Source: Atractiella rhizophila (Eukaryota). Taken from it: 64,000 bases of DNA. The translations under genes and the position numbers were made by a program. Below, in pieces: positions 40,260-52,752 of the stretch. The notes below the pieces were generated by a model. That model ran no database searches, was not told where the DNA came from, and saw only the letters and a list, made by a program, of their open reading frames with translations. Where the stretch lies: the NCBI GenBank assembly GCA_021432655.1, contig MU271258.1:29774-93773 (forward strand), read 5' to 3'. The first letter of the stretch is position 1. The number at the start of each line of letters is the position of its first letter.

Positions 40260-42383
40260 CTACACAAGGATACTGGCGTCTTCCAGTCTCTTGGTGACAA
40301 TAATGTCCCGGACGGAACTGATGACCCCTCTTTCGCCGAATCATCAGCGCAGGAAGCGGAACAGAAGGGAGCTCACTTCATTTGACTGGAATTGGTACAG
40401 GTTGTAAAATAGACCTTCAATTCCCACCCGAGACGCCTGATCCTACTATTTCTTGGGCTCTCTATGTGTGTTTGATGGTCAGGAGACCTGCCATGCTAAT
40501 ACAACATCGCTTACCTGCTCGCCTACGAAATTTGTGCGAAAAAAAGCGCGCGACAAATTCTGGATCAACGGCATCGACTGGGTTTGCCGCTTCGAATTCT
40601 GGGAAGAATAACTTTACTTGTCTCCTGGGGTCAGAAATCTATCACATATTATCAGCTCCCGTCCCCGCCAGCTACTGAATAAAGCAATGACCTTCTCCTT
40701 CAAAAGATCGATTTTATTGAGGAAAAGAATGATGGAGGCGTTTGCAAGGATCTGATTTTTGCACAGCTCTCCAAATCGCTCGATGGCGTCTCTGAGCCGG
40801 TTGACCTTCGGGTCTGATGGAAGAGGAGAGTCATAAACAGATAAATCTGCCACGAAAACGATTGCATCCGCATTGGAGAAGTGGCTTGCCCAAACAGGTC
40901 GCGAACTGCGCGAAAAGGTGCCGCTGAAACAAGTGAGACAGAGCAGAGACACTATAAAGGAAAATACACACCTAATATCACAGATATGAAACTGCCTGTC
41001 CTCGATGTCAACGAAATGCTGCCATCAAGTCAGACAAAGGATGGTAGCAGGCGTTTATTCAGTCTCAGCGCACCTCATCCACTCCGAGCGTTTTCACGCG
41101 AGAAACAAGCATATCTTCGTCGCTCGCAGCATTATACGAAGGATCGACCACTCGGTCGACCGAGTCCAGGTAGCTGATGAGACCTGATTCATCGGGGAAT
41201 CTATACAAAAGTGCGCGCACTTACTACTTGTCGTTATTCTCCATACTGCCCTTATCCCAAATGCCCATGCTCTTGGCTTCGTCGATAAGAGCGCGGATAT
41301 CGTATTTGCACTCGTTGAGTAAACGGCTTGGGTCCTCCAAATCTAGAAAGGAACGCGTCGTGAAAAAGGTGACATCCTCGTCATCACCACCGAAAGAACT
41401 ATCCAAGGATTTGGAGCGACTACTCGCGAGTGTCTCTACTGAGGACTGTGACTTTGGGAGGGATGGCGTTGAAGACAATGCCTTCCATTTGTGGGGATAG
41501 ACGAACAGAGTCGATGAGGATTGGGTCACAGTGACAGGAGGATTGCTTTGGTCTGATTCCTTATTCCCTCGCAGTAAGGATGGCATTCTCAGAGGAACTT
41601 TAGCGCTCAACAGGGCTTGTTCATAGTAGTCGTCTTCTCGCAGGAGGCTTCTCCCAGGCAACGCTATTTGACCAGCGGTGGTCGTTCCGAGTTTCTGCCT
41701 CAGTTTTTCTTCTAAAGCCAAAACTGGCGCCAGGCGCAATTTGCTGAGTAACACATTATTGGCAGATTGATCTCGAGTGCTGGAGACCGAAAATGTTTTA
41801 GAGTAAGGACGACCGGTTGGAGCAACAGGAGGAGGCCGTGAGCGACTGCTCAGATATGAACCCCCGGGAGTTGGAAGCGAACGATAATTCTGCTCGACCA
41901 GCTCCAAAAGCTTTCGGATCGCGGATATGAGGCTGAGGTAGACCACTATTCGATAAACTTCTCGCTCATGCTGTAAACGTAGAGGATCGAACGCCAGTCG
42001 TATTTGCTTGAGGAAGGTAGATTTTCCCGCATTCTGAACAGAGATTAGAGTCGACGTACATGTTGCCAAAGGAAACATGCACCTCGGGACCTTCAACCGA
42101 TGATTAGTCTTTGTTTTTGTGTTTCAAAGAAACTGGACAAACCAAGAAGGAGAATCTGTATCACGCCTTTCTTCTTATTAGCTCTCTTCCTGTCTCTAGC
42201 TTCTTGTTGAAGCCATAAATCAATCCTGTCACTTCTCTGCTTCTTATCAAGAGCTTCTTGCAACCTTTTCGCTTTCTCCTCTGCTGTTTCTCCTTCTGGG
42301 GGAAGCAAGACCGAAGCAAAAGGGTCAGAGTGGGTTTTCATACCCTTTCGGAGTCGATCCTCTTTCCCCCTTGTCCTGAGCAT
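40260..42383 (-). CDS. Atypical heterotrimeric G-protein alpha subunit (Gpa4-like), A
   Basis: DPFASVLLPPEGET..SDRID; P-loop LLLGPENAGKS; RVKTLG; DISGT; AIVFVADLSVYD; IILFLNKIDLL; C-terminal VRDIIVTKRLEDASILV*. Long insert in the helical domain. Confidence 0.9.
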
Positions 42384-42864
42384 GCCTCACTGTCACTGCT
42401 TCAAGGAAATGGTTGGCAGAGGACATGTCAAGGATGTCGAGACAACCTTTTATCAAGGTCGGAGGACTTGAAGTTTCGTTGTCAAGAGATGAACGCGTGG
42501 TTCATCTACCTGGCGGCGGAGAAGTTTCAATGTGCATCTCAGTTGATCTCAGTGCCATCTCAACTTTCCACGTTGCAGGTAAAGTTCATTCGCAGACTGC
42601 AAATTCACGTCTCTGAATTCATCTTCCGGTCAACGCAGGAAAAGATCATTCTAACAGCGCATTAGAATCAGGGGTATGAGATTGTAAAACTATGTAAAGC
42701 AAAATAAGGAGCGTTGGTTGGCTTGGTCGGCTGAGTCGGCTGAGGAGAGAAAGCTGTGTGAATTGCACCACAGAACAAAGTCGAAACTCGAAAGTACAAT
42801 GACCGCACTGACAGGCTCTGGTCAACAGAACGAGAGTTCGCGGTCTGAACGGGTTGGATTGTGT

Positions 42865-44682
42865 TTAGTCCTTCAAGGTAATTTCCAGTTTACCTTGACG
42901 TGAACAGTTAGTCACTGGTGTCTGTTGGCAGAGCATAAAAAAGACGACACATACCTTCTTCTCTTCCCTTCGCATTTGCTCGCGCCTCGTCAATGGCGCT
43001 TTCCCAATCGTCGTCATCCTTAATTGTCACTAAAGTTCCATCTTCGTCCTTAAACTTCATTGAAGGGAATCGACCCAGGTCGAATTTCGCCTTTAGACGG
43101 TCGATAAAGTCATCCAACGCAAGCTCAGGACTGATGGACTAGTCAAGGCACCTTGATCAACTTTCTCTCTTAAAGCAAAAGAAAGAACTTGCCATTCCTC
43201 GAGTATCACCGGCATAGTGAATCTTCACCCTGATCTTGCGCATTTCCTTTACAGTGCTAATGACGGTCATTCCATCTTCATATTCGCTTCCATAGCCTTC
43301 TTCCTCATAATCGTCCATCCTTCTCCTGGAGCTGGGTGCCCTCTTAACGCTCAGCGCATTTCCTCCATACCCTCTTGGAGCAGTCCCAGCCCTGCTTGAA
43401 GTCGCCCTCCTTGCCAAACCGACATCCGTAGTACTTCTCGGTGGACTCGGAAGAGGGTTGTTTGATCGTCCATTCTTTGCCGCCCAATCAGCCACTCGCT
43501 CCTTCGGTTGTCCTTGTGGAATAGGGGGCACTGGCTCGTCCTCTGCAGCGTATCCAGCAAGAAGGTCGTCGACAAATTCAGTGTTGGGGCGCCCGTTCGT
43601 CCCCTGCTGAGACGGTGTTGGATTAGGAGGCGGAGGAGCTGGACGGTTGGTGTTTAGCGGCATGGTATTACTCCTCTCGACGGGCCTGATGGTTGTTGCG
43701 GCTCTCTGTAAGCCTGTGGCTGCGCCACCTTCGGTTGGACGTCGTCGCAAGGTAGCGAGCCCTCGATCTCCATCATCAGCCCCTTCGATCCTGGCCATGG
43801 TCGTCTTTGACCTGGAGAGCTCAGCTTTTGGTTCAGCAGGAGCGGGTGTCATAGCGGCAGGGCCTGGAGGAAGCTTGCCAGCACGTTGAGCGCCGGTAAA
43901 GCCGACAAAGGCATCACGAGCATCCGACGCAGCGACAAGTTTGGCCTGTCCGAGGTAGTTCTTCTGCTTAAGGTTGTTGACTTTGCTGGAGGGAGGTCGA
44001 TAGAGGACGCCGACTGGAATGGAGAAAACTGTGTATCCATCACCGCGATCGCCAAGAGCCTCATCGATAACGTTGTGCTCAGGTGTTTGCTTCTCTTTGC
44101 GAGCTTCTTGAAAGTCTTCCATCCCTGATGCCTCGTTTCCCTGCACCGCAATTATCCTAGGGACTTCTAAAGGTAAAGACGCTCACCATGTAGATCAAGC
44201 TAAGTCCCTTATTGAAAAGGACTTCGCACGAATAAAGACGGAACTTCAATCCTAACTGCTCATAATCGATCGTTAAGTTGCCTCGAAGATAGAGATACGC
44301 ATCGTCGAAATCGCGTCTGGCTTCTTCGTACCTTCCGAGCAGGAAGTTAGACACTCCACATTGGAAGTATGACACAGCAAGGTACTGTCAAGACTATTCA
44401 GGTCACGCATTCGCTGAAAGAAACAAGCATACTTGATCAAGCGCGTTTGCTGCATTGTAATTCTCGACCGCCACTTCGTGGTTCCCCAAAGTGGCATGGA
44501 TCAAAGCGATGTTGAATAAGATCTTCGAAGAGTCGGCAATTTGCTTGAAAAGCAGAATCAGAACCCATCTTCATGGCAAAAGGTGAATGCACCTCAAAGA
44601 GCTCAAGCGCAGTCTCGAAATCTTGTGCATCATACGCCTCCAACGCTTTGACGTGAATTTCGAGCTCTTGTTTGAGGGACAT
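42865..44682 (-). CDS. noxR: NADPH oxidase regulator NoxR (p67phox-like): TPRs plus a C-terminal PB1 domain
   Basis: MSLKQELE, IADSSKILFN, YFQCGVSNFLL, LRGNLTIDYEQLGLKFRLYSCEVLFN, KNYLGQAKLVA, KIRVKIHY..MKFKDEDG. Confidence 0.95.
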
Positions 44683-45481
44683 CGGAATACTTCAGTCCAA
44701 ATGGCAAGTCTGCTAGGAGAAGAAGACGCCGGTGAGATTAGGTAGATCGATTGCGCAGCCTGTTCCTTGCAACCAGTGTTAGATCATGTTACAGCGTTTT
44801 TTGCACACGCTATGGCCTTGCGTTTGGACCGCAAACGTCACACGCCACACTCTCATTCATAATTGGAAGGTGATACCTTCTCGACAGCTACGGCTTTGAC
44901 AACGGTCAACTGGATGCCTATCTCGTTGGCGTTGTCGATGAAAATAAGGCAGTCGCTGTTCAGCAAGACAATCGGGCTGTCTGTATGGTCACTGCAGTTT
45001 GTATAAAAGTTGGAGCAGCCATGTGTGTCATCCGTCGTCCAGCAATGCCCCAGGCTCACACCAAGAAACTGCTCTCACCTGCTTCTAATCGAGTGTGAAC
45101 GATTCTCCTTAGTGTGCTACTACGATCCTAGGACGATAAGCTGGGTCTGATGAGTGATACAAGGGGCTGCCTGAGCTCAAGATGGTGGATGCACAAGGGC
45201 AAGGAGCAAGGCTTTACAGAAAGTAGGGTTAGGTCTAGTTTCCAAGACACTGCAACCAAACCAGTGCCATCCTGAGACTCTTCCAATCACCTCCTACGAC
45301 CTGCCTTCCGCACAGGAATTGCCTTTCTCAGCCAGGCACCGGGACAACAAGGCGAGTTCAGAGGAAACAAAACCACTTTGGTGTGGTTTACCAGTGTAAT
45401 TCAACTCTCCCCCAAATCCTTGCAAGGTCACGGCACGCGAGTAGATAATCGTTCTTCTACGCTTGATCTCCAGCCGAAACC

Positions 45482-47745
45482 ATGGACAAGAAGAGGTCGA
45501 GCGGCGCCAGCAATGATCCTTTTGCTGCCTTTCTCAGGGTGGGCAAATTGTCTGTTTGAACTCCGTCCCTTACCTCTCAGACAGCCACCGCCAAACGAAA
45601 CGCCGGAAGAGAGGGAGATCAGAACTCAAAGAGAAAAGAAGGAGAAGGAGGTGTCAGACGCAATTGATAGGGAAATTGAGAAAGAGAGGAAAGCGATGAA
45701 GAACTCGTTGAAGTACGTCTCTCCCTGGTTTGGAGGAGGAAGAATATCGATGTGAGTGCAGGAAAGAAGTCAAACTCTTGCTTCTCGGTGCGTTTGCGCC
45801 TCCAAGCTTGACCGTTATGCTGAATTCTTTCTTTTCCAGGAAGCGCCAACTCAGGTTCGTGTCGACTGGTTTTGTTACCATGGAACGGCCCGCTTATCCG
45901 TTATGGTTTGGTCAGGCAAAAGCACATTCCTTCGTCAAATCCGGTTGTTGTACGATCAAGAGGGTATCTCCCAGGAGAAGGGATCCTATCGCCTTGTGAT
46001 CCTCTTATCCATAGTTCAGTCCGTTCGAGCTTTGCTCTCCATTCTTGAGTCTACCAGTGGCTCGGGTCCCAAGGCTTCGTCATCTCGCGCATTGGACGGC
46101 TCCTCCGCAAAGCAAGGAGACGCCGATTCTGTACTTCTCCGCAGAATGAGACTATCCCCCGTCCTTTCGCTAGAAGGTATGCCCACAACCCATCCCTTTG
46201 GCACTACTCAATGTTGAAGGGTTGTAAACAGCTGGACTCAGAGAGAAGTGGGGCGTCGTATCTGGAGTCTCTGCGAAGTCCTTTCAAGGTAGAGCAGAAT
46301 ACACAGCTTTCGGGACTGCTGGACCTTTTAGCGAGCACAATTCGAAACCATCCTGGAGGGATTCCTCTCCCATCCTCTCCAATGTCACAAACCAAGCTGG
46401 TCCGAACAATGAAGAGGACGATGAAGCTGTCTTCTCAAACGGCGTCAAGCTTAAATCCTCTAAATCCAAAATGCGTGTGCGACCTATACGCCTGGATGGC
46501 CCAGACACCTACGTTCTTCCCTCGAAGTGGAGCGGTAAAGGGGAAGGCGGTTTGAGGAAGAGCAAGAGTTTTTCCAACTTGAGAAAGGGCAACAGCAAGG
46601 AACAATTCACCGCAGATACAAACGATCCCGTCAATTTGTTGATTACAAGCAAGGACGAAATCAAGCAGCTGTGGCGGGACTGTGTCGAGAAGGGGTTGAT
46701 CGCCGGAGAGGGTCCGAATAAGGAGTCTGTAAAGGGAACTGAAATGACCACGAGTGCTAAATAGTACGGTTTTTGTTCATTCTTCATTCAAAGCAATTTT
46801 AACAACTTTGGCTGGTGATTAGCTTTCTCGACCGATTGGACAATGTCTGCTCAGTGCATTACTACCCTTCGGATGAAGACATTGTCAACACAAGGATAAG
46901 CACTATCGGTTGCGAAGAGCACGTTATCTCAGTCGGTGCGTTGCTGTGAAGACCCTCGCCTTGATCCCTCACTAATTAGGATAGATTATAAAGACTCGTC
47001 ATTCAAGCTACGAGTTGTAGACGTGGCTGGAGCACGGGGCCAGAGAGCGGTATGGGCTCAATATTTTTCAGGTACGCTTTCTGCTCGAATGTCCTCGCTC
47101 TCCCTGTTAATATGCTGTGCGGAACAGACGCAGAGGGTGTGCTTTCATCTGTATCCCCTCTTCCATGCCGCTCACTTCCTTTCAGCAATGATATTTATGG
47201 TCGCGTCGAACGAATACAATACGACACTTCCCGAGGCTCCTGCCGTCAACTGCATGGACGAATCTCTGGACATCTTCTTCAAAGTCTGTTCTAACCCTTT
47301 ACTCGCTTCCGTCACCTGCATATTGTTTCTGAACAAAGGTTTGTTCTCATGCTTCATTCTTGGGATATACTCATGCATGCTCCATTCCAGTTGATTTGCT
47401 GAAACGCAAGCTGAGAACCGGACTTTATCCAGTTTCGGAGGTTTTTCCGGATTATCAAGGTCTGTACGCCCAATCATATTCCTGAACTTGCTGACAAAGG
47501 ATCTTCAGGTGCCAATAAAGTAGAACCGGTCCTAAATTACTTCAAAGAAAGGTTTAAGCTTATGAATGCTGGCCGCAATCGGCGGATGTACACGTGTGTT
47601 ATTTCCGCTGACTAGATGCCAAGACTAAAAGTTCAACGGCAGCCATTTCACGACGTCTATCGATATTCGACTTTCTAGGATGACTATTGCTTCCATAAAT
47701 GATACCATTATCAGAAGCAATCTTACTCAATCGGGAATCATGTAG
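45482..47745 (+). CDS. Atypical heterotrimeric G-protein alpha subunit (Gpa4-like), B
   Basis: DPFAAFL..PPPNETPEE..SDAID; P-loop LLLGSANSGKS; RISTIG; DVAGARGQRAVW; ILFLNK; C-terminal INDTIIRSNLTQSGIM*. Confidence 0.9.
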
Positions 47746-48215
47746 GGGTTCGATTGTCTGTAGTGTTCCCATCCATCTGTGAATCAGCTTCGGTGCTATA
47801 TCTTTCAATCCATACACCTACTGATGTGTGATCTTAGTTTACCATGAAAAGTTGCTTTCCATTACGCAACTACCACCTTCGCTTTGTTTGCTACGTCAAA
47901 ATACCAGTAGTGCTGGTAGTTTCCACTTAACGCGGATTCGTTTCTGTTTTTCGTTTCGGCAGTTCTGCTAAGCGGACTATTTGGGAATAATTTGGTAACG
48001 CATGTATTAGAATCGTATTTGTTTGCACATCTGGAATAGGCCTTGCTTGGAACACGGGCGGCACGGTCGTCTTGTATTGCAATGCACTTTCTCAATCCTT
48101 TTCTCCGTCATCTTTGGATGATTAGACGAGTTTCGAGTACGGAAAGAATGAAGCGTATTTACAAACACCAACTCTAGCAGATCCACTGCATGGGGGACCA
48201 GCAAACCCGGCCAGA

Positions 48216-50082
48216 TCACCGTTGGTGAACTGCACTGATGTACCGCTGAGCGATGGTTTGAAAACCACTTATCTTTTTACATTCGGCTGTCCACCCACAT
48301 TGTAAATGTTCATGCATACGTGTGAAGGATGACATACTAAGTAAATTTCTCGCACGCGGCGTTTGAATTACATCGATGAGATGCGTGAGGTACCGAAAGC
48401 AGAGTTCTTCGCGGTACTAAACCACATGTTAGCAAGGGATCTATCAAGTCAGCAAGGGTCTCACGTTTATGTACAGCTTGCGGTTATACCGCCGCTAAGT
48501 ACAGCTCAGCACAAGCGTTATTCGATTGGAGCAAAACAAACCTCAGCTGCTCGTGTTCGCTGCAGCAAGTCGATCATGGTCAAAATCGTTATGAACGGAA
48601 CTCGAAGGAGTAACGAACCTCTTGATATGGATGAGACTAGAAATATTTCACCTTTTGAGTCGATTAAAAAGATTCAAACAAACCACGAACCTGGTGGATT
48701 AAGAAATGATGGGAATGCACGTAAAACTGTACTCCTGAGAGATATAGCTCGAACAATCCAGCAGCTTTGTTGCCGCCGTATCCAATAAATCGCTCATCGA
48801 ACCTGCACCAATAGCAGTCAAATCAACGTCGAAGCAGAAATGATGGACCAACCAAGGCGTGTCCTTCCTATAAATGGCGTAAGGCTCGTAGCTGTGTGTG
48901 TAACCCTGGGCTCGGTAAATCTCATTTGATTCGTAATAGCGCGTATAGTTTGTTGTTCCGTGTCCGGGTGCCCAGGACCTTCATCAATCAGTTCAGCACC
49001 GGTGAACAGAGAGGACATACTTGTGAAACATGTCAATCTTCTTCGCTTTGACGAGCTCCAAAAGTTCCTAGTATAAGTTAGACTTGATAAACATCATGGT
49101 AATATTAAGTGCTCACAGACTTGTCGGTTGGGAAAGTGTCGTGATCGAGACCATCCTCCTGTTTATTAAACTCAAAAGCTGGGATTACCAGCGCCATTGT
49201 ACCATCTCTCATCATCCTCTTTGCTTCTCCTTCTAGGTCTAGCACAATTCTGCTGTTAAACGTAGGGTCTGGCCAGAAGTCCACATCGAGAAGCATAGAG
49301 TAGTCGGTGCGCGCGAAAAACTTGGCTACATTTCTCCACATGTTGAACTGCCGTTCGAATGGGTCAATCACAAGATGAACGTCCACATAGGTTGCAAACG
49401 TCTGCGACGACTCGTACAAGGTGTGAAGGGCATCAAGAATCGGTTCGAGGATAGCTGGCGACGGCGGAGAGTGTATGCAGACCGAGATCGGCCCTATTAG
49501 ATTGTCTAAGACTCTTCCCACTGAACTGACTTGAAGCTCACCTTGGTAGCGCTCGACCAAATCGCTGAACACCTTGAAACGATTACTCGTAATGAGGGTA
49601 GTAATGGTGATCTCCTCCTTGTCAAAATCTCCCTTCGCCTTGTAATAGTAGGGAATGACTTTCGAAGGTCCCAAGCTGTCGCCAAATATCTTGGAGAGGA
49701 AGAAGTCCTCCGACATCGGGAAAGCGGTCTGACTCCCTGTGCCGTTCCAATGAAGAATTTGCTTTCCCCATTGAAGACTGCTTATCGACGTTCTGTGGAA
49801 GCTGGCAGACTTGTAGGCGGAGTTGGAGAAATCGAGCAAGTCGTTTGAATGAGAAGGAGATTCGTGAACCCGCCCGGACTTGAGGCCCACTAGGAAGGAC
49901 TTGGACCAAGAGGCGGCTTCCTCTGCGGAGGTTAAGACGGAAGCTGGAATGAAAGACTGTTCGTTGGAGACGAGAGAGAGTGAGGGTTTGACGACCCAAT
50001 CGACGAAGGTAAAGAGAAGCGAAGCCAAAAGATACAAGCTGAAGGTGTACTTAATCGTCTTGCCCACAATGGAAGAGCTCAT
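48216..50082 (-). CDS. Glycosyltransferase family 49 (LARGE/B4GAT1-like), type II membrane protein
   Basis: N-terminal TM helix; ITITTLITSNRF, QFNMWRNVAKFFARTDY, DXD motif LLDVDF, ALVIPAFEF, SYEPY and CDERFIGYGGNKAA. Confidence 0.85.
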
Positions 50083-50158
50083 TGCTGCTGCCAACTGTGA
50101 GCTGTTGTTGGGCTTAGGTAGTTGGTGGTAGTTGATAATCCAGATCAGACATTAAACT

Positions 50159-52752
50159 CCTTAGTGTGCATCCAGTTCTGCGGTTTGGTTATTTTTTCAG
50201 AGCTGGATAGACTCCACCAACTCTTGAGCCGAGTTAAAGGCTCGCCTGGTTGTGCCTAAACGACAATTGGATCTTTTCAGGACCTCAGCCATGCTCCTCC
50301 ATACTTTCCGTTGTGGGACAGCAAAGCGACTTCCCCAATCCAAAGCCCTCACAGCGCGTCTTCAGCTTCAGCGGCAGTACGCCAGTCATGCAGCTACTCT
50401 GGCCACTCCTTCCGAGCTCGCGAAGCGCATATCTCAACGCACGCTCCCGATCCTAGAGAAGCCAGATGTAAAGAAGGTGTTAGTGGTAGGCAGCGGTGGA
50501 CTGTCCATTGGTAAGTAACCTCTCTGCTGCATTCTTCGTGGGCCGAGTTTTTGGGACACAGGACAGGCGGGAGAGTTCGATTATTCTGGCTCACAGGCTA
50601 TCAAAGCACTGAGAGAGTCCAACGTCGACGCCGTGCTCATTAACCCGAATATAGGTACGAGTTGGCTTGAGATAAGCAAAGCAATTCATAATTGATCTGC
50701 TCTAGCGACCTGGCAGACTTCACATTCATTAGCCGCAGAAGTTTACTTCCTCCCGGTCACTCCAGAATATGTTGCCTACGTCCTTGAAAAAGAGAAGCCG
50801 GATGGTGTGCTCCTGACCTTTGGTGGTCAGACAGCCCTTAACGTCGGCATGGCACTTGATAGGTGACACCTATTCTATCTGACCTGGAGCGGTTGCTCAC
50901 AAAATACTACAGGATGGGAGTGTTCGAACGGCTGGGGGTAAAGGTTTTGGGGACTCCAATTAGAACTCTGGAGATATCAGAAGATAGGGATCTCTTCGTC
51001 AAAGCTTTAAATGGTTGGTTGCTTGTTCGCTTATTTGTCCTATTGAACCACTGAACAATCTCGCAGAAATTGACGTCCCTGCCGCCCATTCAGTTGCCGT
51101 TTCTACTGTCAATGATGCTCTAAATGCTGCAGAGAAAATCGGGTATCCTGTCATTTTACGGTCCGTCCTTTCAAATCCCGCCTCTGCTGTATCTCATCCC
51201 TGGAGCAGATCTGCTTTCTCTCTGGGCGGTTTGGGATCCGGTTTTGCGCAGAACCCTGACGAATTGAGAGACTTGAGCGCTAAATCGCTCAGTCTGTCTC
51301 CTCAGGTAACTCTGCCATATATTTCACCTTTGTCGAAGTGACCATTCGTCTTAGGTCTTAATCGAAAAATCCCTGAAAGGTTGGAAGGAAGTTGAGTACG
51401 AAGTCGTACGAGACGCTGCGGACAACGTTATCATTTGTTGCAATATGGAGGTACACCTTAGTGTGCATCCAGTTCTGCGGTTTGGTTATTTTTTCAGAGC
51501 TGGATAGACTCCACCAACTCTTGAGCCGAGTTAAAGGCTCGCCTGGTTGTGCCTAAACAACAATTGGATCTTTTCAGGACCTCAGCCATGCTCCTCCATA
51601 CTTTCCGTTGTGGGACAGCAAAGCGACTTCCCCAATCCAAAGCCCTCACAGCGCGTCTTCAGCTTCAGCGGCAGTACGCCAGTCATGCAGCTACTCTGGC
51701 CACTCCTTCCGAGCTCGCGAAGCGCATATCTCAACGCACGCTCCCGATCCTAGAGAAGCCAGATGTAAAGAAGGTGTTAGTGGTAGGCAGCGGTGGACTG
51801 TCCATTGGTAAGTAACCTCTCTGCTGCATTCTTCGTGGGCCGAGTTTTTGGGACACAGGACAGGCGGGAGAGTTCGATTATTCTGGCTCACAGGCTATCA
51901 AAGCACTGAGAGAGTCCAACGTCGACGCCGTGCTCATTAACCCGAATATAGGTACGAGTTGGCTTGAGATAAGCAAAGCAATTCATAATTGATCTGCTCT
52001 AGCGACCTGGCAGACTTCACATTCATTAGCCGCAGAAGTTTACTTCCTCCCGGTCACTCCAGAATATGTTGCCTACGTCCTTGAAAAAGAGAAGCCGGAT
52101 GGTGTGCTCCTGACCTTTGGTGGTCAGACAGCCCTTAACGTCGGCATGGCACTTGATAGGTGACACCTATTCTATCTGACCTGGAGCGGTTGCTCACAAA
52201 ATACTACAGGATGGGAGTGTTCGAACGGCTGGGGGTAAAGGTTTTGGGGACTCCAATTAGAACTCTGGAGATATCAGAAGATAGGGATCTCTTCGTCAAA
52301 GCTTTAAATGGTTGGTTGCTTGTTCGCTTATTTGTCCTATTTAACCACTGAACAATCTCGCAGAAATTGACGTCCCTGCCGCCCATTCAGTTGCCGTTTC
52401 TACAGTCAATGATGCTCTAAATGCTGCAGAGAAAATCGGGTATCCTGTCATTTTACGGTCCGTCCTTTCAAATCCCGCCTCTGCTGTATCTCATCCCTGG
52501 AGCAGATCTGCTTTCTCTCTGGGCGGTTTGGGATCCGGTTTTGCGCAGAACCCTGACGAATTGAGAGACTTGAGCGCTAAATCGCTCAGTCTGTCTCCTC
52601 AGGTAACTCTGTCATATATTTCGCCTTTGTCGAAGTGACCATTCGTCTTAGGTCTTAATCGAAAAATCCTTGAAAGGTTGGAAGGAAGTTGAGTACGAGG
52701 TCGTGCGAGACGCTGCAGACAACGTTATCATTTGTTGCAATATGGAGGTACA
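50159..52752. repeat. 1297-bp tandem duplication (50159-51455 and 51456-52752) with about 9 substitutions
   Basis: ORFs recur at an offset of 1297. Junction ..ggaggtaca|ccttagtgtg... Confidence 0.97.
50291..51455 (+). pseudogene. Truncated 5' copy of the carbamoyl-phosphate synthase large-chain gene
   Basis: Same exons as 51588 onward, ending 5 nt into the intron after IICCNME. Confidence 0.75.

Noticed and set aside
44853..45059. Small Cys-containing ORF between noxR and G-alpha B
   Set aside because: Non-ATG start, and no signal peptide or splice pattern that I could support.
51456..51590. Arginine attenuator uORF upstream of the CPS gene
   Set aside because: That element belongs to the small-subunit gene (CPA1/arg-2), and no upstream ATG uORF is seen here.
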